From NCBI GenBank assembly GCA_030141605.1, contig JAQGDQ010000078.1:248001-312000 (forward strand): 64,000 bases of DNA, given 5' to 3'. Positions within the stretch are counted from its first letter, which is position 1, and each line of letters starts with the position of its first letter. This document shows positions 27,401 to 39,400 of the stretch, piece after piece. The notes beneath the pieces were generated by a model. It was not told the origin of the DNA. It worked only from the letters and a program-made list of their open reading frames with translations, and ran no database searches. This DNA is from Tubiluchus corallicola. Its lineage: Eukaryota > Animalia > Priapulida. The position numbers and the translations under genes are program-made.

Positions 27401-30400
27401 ATTATCACATCCTAAAGAACATTTATGATGCACCTTGCACGCTGAACAAGTAGAGAGGCATACGTACTACCTTTTTAAACCGTTGTTTAATAAATGCCCA
27501 ATGTATATTTACAGTGTTTTGCAAATGGGCTCTTTCAACAAACCATCTATTTTTACTTACTCTTCTTATAGCTAGTTGAACAGTAGCTGGAACATCAGGA
27601 ATGAGTAGATCTATAACCAGTTTCAAACCAAACACTATGTGCTGAAAGTGAGTGATAAAATTGTTAAAATACAATATGATGCAATACAATACAACACGAT
27701 ACATTTCAATACAATAAGGTGCAATACAATACAATACAGTAAAACAATACAACACATAACATTGCAATACAATGCAATGAAATACAGTGTAATGCAAAAC
27801 AACTTCTTGTGCTTTTTTCACATATTTGATGACTATTTCATGCCTTCTGAATAGTGATTTATAACAATACAAATATAAATGGCTGGGTTTCAATTCCATA
27901 CAAACTTTATTTATTTATAAATGTATTTGTAAATTGATGCCACTGTAATCAATATACTTTCAGCAATGTTAGCAAACCTCAAATCCGATAACAATTATCA
28001 GCTTTTGTGTCACATCAAATTCCTTTCCGAATGAAGAAGTAAATGCTATGAGGAAGGAATTGGTGACAACTCCACACACATTGACAAACCGAAGAATGTT
28101 GAACCACATACCTAGAACAAAAACAAACAAGTACTTCATTGTCTTCGCCTGAGCCATGTACTAGCCTTCACTATTGCAAGTATATGCAGAAATATTTTAT
28201 TCCAATAAATTTGGATATTTTTCATGTGAAAGTAGTGGTGATATGTTATTTTCTGTGTTTGAAATTGCTTTAGTGTTCTGCGGTTCAATTATCACGTAAG
28301 TACTATAATTTAGTTCATTCATTGTAATAAATCAAATATTTAGTTTGTTAGACCATTAAGATGTATTAAGCAATGTTTTGGTCATTAAAATATTACTACT
28401 GCTGCTGCTGCCACTACGGCTACCACTACAACTACCACTATTACTACCACAGAAAAGCTACTACTGTACTAATACTCCTACTGCAATGATCACATGGCGT
28501 CTATATACGTCGACACCACACAGTGTGACCACCTCACCCAAAATCTAACCACACTACTTCATCAAATTCTAATGTCTACCCAACCAAAATCCCATGTCAG
28601 CGTCCGATCTTGTGACATCTGTTAGACATGCTCACTGGGACTATTACATGTGATTTATTGATCATAAAGTACTAGTCTCAAAATTGAAAGTTAAGCCGAA
28701 ATTTTTAGAATACAAGTCACATTCATGGTGTTCATTGAACTTTTCTTCAGATAATACTACTCTGTGCACCAGTATTGCACTGCTGTGACATTTCTGTGAG
28801 TAATGTTGATAAAATTAGCAATTAACTTGCTCCTATCACTTACTGTGTGATATATGATTGATCTAATTAATTAAAACAAAAGAGTGGAAAGAGGATGAAG
28901 GCTACTTGTTGCATAATGTTGGCTACATTAGAGCTTTTGATTAAAGAATAATGATTAATGAAAATTAATGAAAGAATTCTCAAGTAAGAATTAAATTTAC
29001 TTTAACAATGATAATGAGTGCGCAGCCTTTTTATGCTTAGGATTTGACTGTATTTACCAATATCTTGAGCAATCTCTGCAACCGGACGTTGATTCCACCA
29101 GAGTAATCGTTTGGCGTCCACTCTGATGTCCACTAAATTTATGATGAGAGCTAAAAGAGGTGCAATGGGCAGTGATGCAGCAAATAACTACAAAAAGAGG
29201 AAAGAACGTAATGTAAACTTTTTATTTAAAATTCTTAGCTTATTGTTGTTTTAATAGTTATTTTTAGTCATACGTTTTAAGTAAAAGTACTCACATTTTT
29301 TAACTTATTTCTTTAATTAACTGATCAGAAGGATTAGTTCAATATATACGTTACAGGCAATTGTGTAAAATTCAGACAATAAATTAATCCACGATCAAAG
29401 ATAGAAAAAACAAATGGTCTTCCACCAGTTCAGTGGCAGCAAGCAGCGTAATATGCCCAAATCTTAAAGAATACCTATCAGAAGCAGAGTGTATAAAAGC
29501 ATTTTTTTCGTAACGCGTACATAGCTATATAGTAGTCATAATTAGCACACATCACTCATTACGTGAATTTCTCTGATTTTATTAGCACAAAGAGTGATCT
29601 GTCAGTAATGCGTAAAAATCTAGGTAACTACTCCTTGAGCATGAGCGTCATTTATAAATGACAACGTTGACTGTCGCTCAGTCACAAAGCTAATGAGTGA
29701 TGTGGTGCTCAACATCTTAGACTAGCAACTAATTGAAGTCAATATATGAATAGCTAATTGGAAAGCTCATTAGAAGTGAAGCATGTCAAGCTAAAAAGCA
29801 GCTAATAGCATCTTTTCATTATTTGTAAAAATACACCACAAGCCATAGAACTTCATCTAACGAATGTTGTAATTTCATACCATCATCATTCCGTATTGTA
29901 TAATTTTCTCGCTGTATTCTTGCAGAGTAAAATTTCCCATTGTTGGCTTGTTATATTCACTGTATACGTGATACTGTACTGAATTTTCGTCTGAATGTTC
30001 CGCAAACACTTTTGAGTTTCCGAATAGCCAGCGACCGAACATTTTCATCCATCTAAAGAATACAAGTAAATACAATTGTGTGGTTTCTGCTAAAAAAGTT
30101 GAGATTTACAATGACTACGTAAGCTTTACTTACGGTAAGATAATGTCTTTGAAAAATCTGGGAAATGGTTTGACCAGCATAAGAACTAACACTTGAAACG
30201 ACAGCATTGCCATACAGTTGTTGTCCTTGCCACAGCGATCCCTGTATTTTTCGCCTAATCCCAGAATTCCTCTCTCTCCAATATGCTAGACAAATATCAA
30301 AATTAATATTAAAGCGTACTGATGTACATGATTGTAATGTTAGTTTGTACCGGTTGGAAGAATAGTACAGTAAGTTCTCACTTAACGATGCTAATGCGTC

Positions 30401-33400
30401 CCAGCAAAATGCGACGTTAACCGAACATTGTTAAACGAAGCTCCAGAAATCAAGAAAATGTTGTTTATCATATATATTAGATGTTTTATTTGTTTTATTC
30501 ATATTTATTAATTTCTTTCTGCTTGGTTGAAACCACCGATCTTTCTTATCAATACTTAGTTAATGGTTTCTCTTTCATTAAAAGCCTCACTCTTCTACAT
30601 TGTTAGTACATTTTTAAATAGAATAGTGCAATATGTGCTGTTTTAATGCTTCAAAATAGGTAAAAAAGTTGTTGATGAAATAAAAAAAAATGATTTTGAG
30701 CAAAGTAAAATCATCGTCGACAAAAATGAAATGTTGCTAAACTGGGAGTCATTAAACAAGGATTTACTGTACGGTCTACCTCAAATAAATCTACAGTTTT
30801 GTGGCCTACATTGTGGATATCCACCATCACTGTTTTAAAATTTCATAAAAAAGCTGTACCAGCACAACACTGGCTACTGAAAACTGTTTTGTCACTTTTC
30901 TAAATGTCATCTGGTAGAGACTAATGCCAGTATTGACCAAACTGATATATGTTCAAGATGCTAATTATGTTATATTACATTGAATAATATAATGACTGTA
31001 ACTAGTTGACTATAAATGGTGACTACAAACTGACTTTCAACGCATTGTAGCTAATTTTTGATTGGAGAACTAGAAGAGCCATTCACCTAACCACTAACAT
31101 GATTCTGCCAAGCTTAACTTAATCGGTTGTTCATGACTATTGCTCTTTACCTGTCTGAAGAAAGCTATGTAAAACAATGAGGCATAGCTGTTTGCAAACT
31201 GGAAGGCAAAGAGTTTGATGATCAGTGCATTGTTGTGTGCTGTCTCTGTTCTGTGATTCTCTGCAAGCATAGCAAAGTATAGAAACAGGATTATTAATTT
31301 CTGCTGGCTAGTTATTTATTCCAAATAAAGCTTAAGCTTGCATAATGTTACGGAATTCTTTCTCAAACTTCTGGATGAATAACTACAACATGGAATTTCA
31401 AAATGCCTAAGTGATCTTTTAAGGTATTCAGCTTGCATAATGTTACGGAATTCTTTCTCAAACTTCTGGATGAATAACTACAACATAGAATTTCAAAATG
31501 CCTAAGTGATCTTTTAAGGTATTCAGCTTACATAATGTTACAGAATTCTTTCTCAAACTTCTGGTTGGATAATTACAACATGGAATTTCAAAATGCCTTA
31601 GTGACTTTTTAAGGTTTTTAGCTTGCATAATGTTACGGAATTCTTTCTCAAACTTCTGGATGAATAATTACAACATGGAATTTCAAAATGCTTAGTGACT
31701 TTTTAAGGTTTTTAGCTTGCATAATGTTACGGAATTCTTTCTCAAACTTCTGGATGAATAACTACAACATAGAATTTCAAAATGCCTAAGTGATCTTTTA
31801 AGGTATTCAGCTTACATAATGTTACAGAATTCTTTCTCAAACTTCTGGATGGATAATTACAACATGGAATTTCAAAATGCCTTAGTGACTTTTTAAGGTT
31901 TTTAGCTTGCATAATGTTACAGAATTCTTTCTCAACTTCTGGATGAACAGCATTTGGAATTTAGAAATGCTTGAGTGGCTTTAAGGTTTTAAGGTTTAAA
32001 GTTTTAAGGGTATTTGCAAATTAGGGATTGAAACTGTTAAATATAGTTAAACTGCTAAACACCATAGACACAGTTGTAAAACTACACATGCTCTATAAGT
32101 TTGTATTGAAAGTATAACCCAATTTTTCTAATTTTTCAGCAGTTCTTCAATAATGCTAACTCACCCCATTCGGTCAACTTAATAGCAACTTTTTCATACA
32201 ACTGAAATAGAAGGAAAGTATAAATGTTACTGTATGCCAATTATAATAATGTAAACCAACCAACTGGCTAAGTATAAACAAGTTTGAAGGTAATGTAGTA
32301 AATATAGATAAGTTTGAAGGCAATATAATAAGTGCAATCTTTTGTACAAGGAAGATAACAAAGGGCAATATATGTTTTTTGTGATTTGTCACCTTCGTAA
32401 TGGAGAATTCCCCAATTGCTACAAAAGATATCCAGTGTTGGTTTTCATGGAAAAGTTCAGTAACCATGGCAACTGCACTAGTTCTCTATGTTAATTAATT
32501 AGTAGGAAAACTGTCAATATCAATTTACTTTCCCGTTTTTGTTGTGGGCAATGTGATATTCATTGAGGCGTATGTTATTATCCTCAGTCAGTCATCTGAA
32601 GTGCTGAGAAGAGACCTTTATGCCCAAGAGCATCCGAATATTCTGCATCACATCTCCAAAGCAGCTGAAGCTAACCAATCATGTGTGGTGTATGAGCATT
32701 TAGTAGTATTGTACATAATCATACTGTACAACAAAACTTTTCCATCCAAGCATTAACCTATGTGTATTTACAAGATTACTGAGACCAAACAAATGAAACT
32801 TAATGGAGAAAGGTCATCGTCACATTTGACCTGACTTTCACCTTGAAAATTGTTAGGATTTTTTATAATTGAAACTCGGTACAGCCTAATACAAATAGAG
32901 GTAATAAGCTGTTATATGCAACAATAATTACAATTTCCTGTTTGTACAAAAAAAGGCACAAGTTTCTCTTTATAACATCTCCACGTTATTATAAGAATTT
33001 GACTTACTGTCAAATTTCCTCTGTTTGAGTGCAAAATTTAAAAAAGGTAATTTACAAATTCCTGCACACAGAGTAACAAGAAACTTTTCTATTTTTCATA
33101 GCTTCGTAGTCATTCCTACCTTTCCCATTATCACAATAGAAATGGCATTCAATAAAGATGGAATCATAGTTCCCAACAAGAAGCAATTTAAAGCTCCATT
33201 ACACATGTCTATAAGTATGATCACACGATAGACAATGACGGCCACTACACTGATACACACTACCATGATCTAAAATGGAAATGTGCAACATACTTATTAA
33301 CACATGCCAAGAAAAAATACATCAATGTCAACAGCTATAAAAGCAATTGACTTTTAAAATTGTTTTGCCTGTACGTTACCTACGTTATATTATTATTAAT

Positions 33401-36400
33401 TTTTATGTTCTACTCACAGTTAAAAACAAAAACTAACAGACCTACTACAAAGTTTGGGAAACCTTTATCTATACTCTTATATTAATATTCTTGGTATCTT
33501 AATATATATATAAGATTCGAGGCTACAGCCCGGACGAGGGCACCATTTGCGGCGATCTATATATCAAAAGAAAGGTCTCGATCTAGTGTCGTCTCATTGG
33601 GGGTTTATTTTTCGAATGGGGCCCACCGCGAGAAACGGGGGGCGAAAAACCTCCAAAAATGGCCATTTTTCGGCCGTTTTTTGCAAAAGTTATACGCCTG
33701 AGATGTAGAGAACGGGAACGGGCCGAGGGCGGTGCTGGGTATGGATAGATAGCCCGTTCAGCGATGGGTGTCATAGGCCTATTTAGAGTTCCCGAGAGGG
33801 CCAGGGCGCCCCGCAACGGGCGTTTTCCCGGACCCAACTCGCGATTTTTTTCGAAATTTTGATCAAACTGCATGCGGAAAAAACGTTCTAGCGGCGCCCG
33901 GTGGGACTCTCGGAAGGAGATATATAGCTCTTTAGAAAGAGGAAGAACGGGGCTACACGATGATGTGGGCTATATTTTAGGGCAGGTCCACCGAGAGGAG
34001 TATTGACGAGTTAATTAGATGTTCTATTTTTCGCAATTTTCGCTTAGAAAACTGCTGACGCAAAACCATTGTTGTGACGTCATCCATTGTACTCTGCCTA
34101 TAATCTTATAGCTTTAATTCAGCAAAAAGCTGCTGCAGGCAAAGTAAACAAACAGTAGGCAGGATGTTACGGGCTTTGTGTTATAAATGAGGACTAGGTA
34201 GGATGTTCGCGTATTATTGATTACACGTGGTTTTTTACGCAAAATCTTTTGCGGGGCCTTTGCTATTTATTATATTATAGCACATAGTTTCATCTTTGTG
34301 AAAAATGTTTGGAATGGTTTTGTTGTAATGCTGTGCTGTTGGTGCTTGTGCTATAGGTGTCGTCATCATTGCCACCACCATCATCATCATCATCAACATC
34401 ATGATCACCACGTGAGGTGGTGGATTTGATGTGGTGTGGTGGTGGTGTGCTTTGTGTGTTGTGCTATGGATGGTGTGGTGGGGTGATAGGGTGTGGTGTG
34501 GGTAGTGTGGTATGGAGTGGGTGGCATGGTGTGTGGGTGAGTGGGTGTTGTGGTGCAGTGTGGTGTGGTGCAGTGCGGTGTGATGTGGTGGAGAATTATG
34601 GTGTGGTGTGGTGTGGTGCAGTGGTATGTTGTGGTGCAGTGTGGTGTGATGTGGTGGAGTCGTATGGTGTGGGTGGTGTGGTGTGGTGTGGTGTGGTGTG
34701 TGGGTGGTGCGGTGTGCTGCAGTGGTATGGTGTGATGTGGTGGAGTGGTATGGTGTGGGTGGTGTGGTGTGTAGGTGGGTGGGTGGTGTGGTGCAGTGTG
34801 GTGTTATGGTGTGGTGCTGTGCGGTGTGATGTGGTGGAGTATTATGGTGTGGGGTGGGTGGTGCAGTGGTATGGTGTGGTGCAGTGTGGTGTGATGTGGT
34901 GGAGTGGTATGGTGTGGGTGGTGTGGTGTGTAGGTGGTGTGGTGCGGTGTGGTGGTATTGTGTGGTGCAGTGTGGTGGAGTGGTATGGTGTGGTGCAGTG
35001 TGGTGTGATGAGGTGGAGTGGTGTGGTGTGGGTTGTGTGTTGATTTGTGCACAAAATTCTTTTTGTGGGGTTTGGCTAGTCCCTTATATTAATATTCTTG
35101 GTATCTTAATATATTTATATATAAGATTCGAGGCTAGAGCTTCGACGACGGCACCATTTGCGGCGATCTATATATCAAACGAAAGGTCTCGATCTAGTGT
35201 CGTCTCATTGGGGGTTTATTTTTCAAATGGGGCCCACCGCGAGGAACGGGGGCGAAAAACCTCCAAAAATGGCCATTTTCGGCCGTTTTTTGCAAAAGTT
35301 ATACGCCTGAGATGTAGAGAACGGGAATGGGCCGAGGGTGGTGCTGGGTGTGGATAGATAGCCCGTTCAGCGGTGGGTGTCATAGGCCTATTTAGAGTTC
35401 CCGAGAGGGCCACGGCGCCCCGCAACGGGCGTTTTCCCGGACCCAACTCGCGATTTTTTCGAAATTTTGATCAAACAGCATGCGGAAAAAACGTTCTAGC
35501 GGCGTCTGGTGGGACTCTCGGAAGGAGATATATAGCTCTTTAGAAAGACGAAGAACGGGGCTACACGACGATGTAAGCTACATTTTAGGACACGTCCACG
35601 GAGAGGAGTACTGGCGAGTTAATTAGATGTTCTATTTTCGGCAATTTTCGCTTAGAAAACTGCTGACGCAATGCCATTGTTGTGACGTCATCCATTATAC
35701 TCTACTCTGCTTATAACTTTAATTCAGCAAAAAGCTGCTACAACAAACAGTAGGCATGATGTTACGGGCTTTGCGTTAAACATGAGGACTAGGTAGGATG
35801 TTCGCGTATTATTGATTATACGTGGTTTTTTACGCAAAATCTTTTGCGGGGCCTTTGCTAGTTAGAGCAATAATACCACAAGACTGCTAACTGTTCAGTC
35901 CAATTTTCGAAAACTTACATTTGAAGTCCTAAGATATCATTGTCACATGCTGGCATAAAAATTGCATCTTTAATACACTGTGTTCTTTGAAATTGCTTTT
36001 TTTAAATTCCAGCTTTTTGCAATCATTAACCTTCAAGTCTCTTGAACTATAAACTCACCATCAGCAGAATTATTGATCCTGATGCAAAGAATTTTCCTGC
36101 TCTTCTCAGCCATGGATAGTACCACATTTTCTCTAAGGTAATTGGATCCTAAAATTAACATGTTGCTTATTGTACAATGTTTATAATCATCACTTGGTAG
36201 TCGGATTGGTCTATCACTAGCTCTCTTCCAGACATTAGATGTCACAATACTTTCAGCAGGTAAAATATACAATACAAGTATAAGCTCACTATCACAATCA
36301 CAATCAATTTCATATGTAGAAATTTTACAATTTCTGACAATAATGGAAGTGATTTGTGGCGAAGTGTGAATAATATGTATTAGCTTGTAACTAACTCCAC

Positions 36401-39400
36401 CTATGATGTACTTCAAAATTATCAGGCGTCTAACATGACATTAAGTTGTTGCACTACATTTGTTACATTCCATAGTGACTGTTTAGTAATTATTGAGAAC
36501 ACTTGGCATATAATTATGCTGATTTAGGCAATGCATTTTTCTCACCAAAGTTATAGCTGTGCCAAAAAACTGAGGTCTATCTGGCTCAGAATCTTGGTAA
36601 TTGTTAACATCCCACTGATATGCTAACACAGCATTCTTACGTTTCCACACTTCTAAAAACAAAGTACCTGCGGGCAGTAACAAAGCAAATTTTAAAATTA
36701 TATTTTGTTATGCTTTCAAACAATGTTATTGTAATAACACTGAAAATTTTATTGTAGCATTTGCGAACTTTTAAAAATACGCTAAAATTTTAACTGTGAT
36801 ACGTTTTTATATACAAGAATAGAGTTTATGTGTAACAAACAAATAGCAACGAAATACACACTCACTGTTGTCATATATAGAAGGCAATTAATTTATTGTT
36901 TTACGTCATGCTCTAAAAAATCATGCTGTGAAATAAGTCCATCCATTTACATTGTTAACATCCAAAAATTAATTACGTGAAAGGGTTACAAGAAAGTCTT
37001 ATTGTTACCAGAAAATAATTTTGCTATATACAAGAATGCAGAATTAGTAATATATAAACACCTACCCCATAGACACAAGACTAGAGCAAAATATGGAGTT
37101 ACACTGTTGTCAAATGAAAGTTGTACAACTGATACAACGTCTTGAGTTAGTTGTAGAAAGTCTTCCCTGGTTTAAAAAGAAACAAGGTCGAAACTGGAGT
37201 TCAAACAATTATGTAAAATGTTGTGAACAAATTTTGGAATGCAGGTGTTAATATATTAGACTTGAGTTAATTAGTAATAACAGCAATATAGATAATAAAT
37301 AAGCATGCAAATAAAACACAATTACAATATTGTTGTCATGTTAGAACAGTACCATTAAAAGCAAAAGCAAAAGCAAAGACTATGCTTGCAGGCTCATTTC
37401 GGCCACTGATGCTGCTTTTCTCTATCTCTCATTCTCTATCTATCAATCTTGTTATCTTCTGTCTCTCTCTTCCTCTCTGTCTCACTATTTCTTTCCCTCT
37501 TGCTCTCTCACACTCTCTGTCTCTTTTCTCTCTGTCCCGTCTCTCCCCCTCTTCTCCCTCTCGCTTTCTCTCCCCTCCCTAGATGTCTAGTAGCCACCCT
37601 CCAGGGTACGAGAAAACACAAACTCGGCTGGGCATGGCATGGATGTGTACATCATGCTTTTTGCTCCATTATTCTTAGATTTTGATCAGTATGTCAAGAT
37701 AGATACTTGCTTCTTATTTTTATCACTACCTTTCTGATGATGAGTTTGATGAGATGCTGTTCTCCTTCTTGTCGCTGTAGTTGTCTACTCTAGAGAAATA
37801 AGTAATAGCTTTAACTACACAAGTATAACACTTCAAGAAAGGATTACACTTCCAATGTACAGGTTGGCCTAAAAACCTGGTTTTTAAGACCCTGTTATTT
37901 CAGGTCTTTGCAGTTTAAGCCCGTAGTCAAACTTCATTTCCTGTGTTGCTACATCTCATATGTAGATGATCAATTTAATCCAAGTCAATTTAATTCAGTG
38001 CACCTTTTATTTCAATATTTAAAATTGCCATATAATACATTAAAATACACTGTACACACAAAAAACAAAGAATGATCACAGTTTCTAATCTAATGTAAAA
38101 GTCATATTTTCCTTAGATTAGATTATATTTCTTCTGGTCAAAAATTACTGCTTATAAACAATTCTGTATAAGGTTTCTACAACTTACGTAAGATGCATTC
38201 CATATAAAAACACGCACAATCCAAACAAGGAAGGAATCCACAGTGAACTTATGAGCGTTCCCTGCCATGCAAAGTAGAAAGCTATTTTTTCGCCAAAATA
38301 GTTTCTTATTTTCCATAGTGGCTGAAGTTTCCAGAATGTGTTCCATGTCCTTGTAGTGATTAAAAATATAATTAATAAAACTGATTGAACCATTTACTAT
38401 TCACTACATCAGGTGTAATTTAGGTTAATGGATGCACAGTGAATACAGTATCTTAGTTCAATGGATACAGTTATTATTAACGTTTCCTTACTTTGCTTTA
38501 GTTGAGTGAGCCTAAAATCTGTAACCACTTTTAGTTAATTGGTAAAGCTCTTATTCATTAATGTGTTAGGTGTTGTGGCTTCATTTTTATTGCACTGAAG
38601 CTCCCTAGACAGTTTGAAGCTTTCTGCCATGAATTGCAGCTCACGAAATTTGTTCAGCATTGATGCATTGATGCAATGTTTCAGACTTCATGAAATTTGT
38701 ACTTCGCATCTTACTGTAATTTAGTCTGGGTTTGGTAAAGCTGTCTAAATTAAATTCTCGCATAGAATGGAAAAACAAAAATATATACTATTAAGCTATT
38801 TGGACTTTAAATTAACTGCTACTGTTTCAATTTGTTGCTATACTTACTCGTCCAGTTCCCTTCGATAGTCTCGTTTGCCCAAATTTTCATGAGGCATGGA
38901 TTCTCCTGCTTCCACGTTATCGAGAAGTGGAACATTTTTTGCTTTTGAAGCAGCGTGTGCAGATTCGTCGTGGAGCACAAATGCATGCTTGTACACTTGC
39001 TTCATCAGAAGATATGGAAGACCTGAATGAAATGGTACCATTTACACGTATCATGTTGAACTTTACCTGTGCGTTTATGAATCGACTTGTTTCATCTGAA
39101 TTACTGTGGTTTTATGATAATACCTGATTCAAAGAGCCTTCGTCTTTTGCTTTTATGATAACAACTGATTTAAATGAATTTTGCCTGTCCCATTATAAGT
39201 AAATAAGCTTCATCAGGACTTTTATAAGTAGGCGTCGTCTTTTAATTCATTTATGCTTTATAAAATTTTCTTACTATAAAGAATAAGATATTCTCTCTTG
39301 TGAAATCATTTAAATCTGGTGATAACACACCTAACTATTATAAGAATTGTAACACGTTGTTCTTTTGTGTGTGTGTGTGTGTGTTTACCTCCTCGTTGTT

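Noticed and set aside
27423-27899. 158-aa ORF with a Cys/Tyr/Val-rich segment
   Set aside because: Only 27641-27561 is a real anoctamin exon; the rest is the (TATTG)n microsatellite and intron.
31335-31992. CRISPR-like array
   Set aside because: The units are contiguous near-identical 95-mers with no unique spacers, there are no cas genes, and the context is a eukaryotic intron.
34217-35357. ORFs encoding VVWCG- or HHTTP-repeat proteins
   Set aside because: They arise in several frames on both strands because the (GTGGT)n tract lacks stop codons; they lie within a Helitron inside an intron and lack splice context.
33583-35446. Duplicated minus-strand ORFs (96 aa and 76 aa) as a gene pair
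   Set aside because: They are chance frames in the GC-richer Helitron copies, with no recognisable domain and different ends.
33468-35861. LTR retrotransposon or TRIM (two long direct repeats)
   Set aside because: There are no TG...CA ends, TSD, PBS or PPT; the termini fit Helitron rules instead.
37700-37715. Alternative GC donor (AA|GCAAGT, minus strand) for anoctamin exon 37789-37730
   Set aside because: Extending the exon to it introduces an in-frame TAG; the upstream GT donor keeps the frame.
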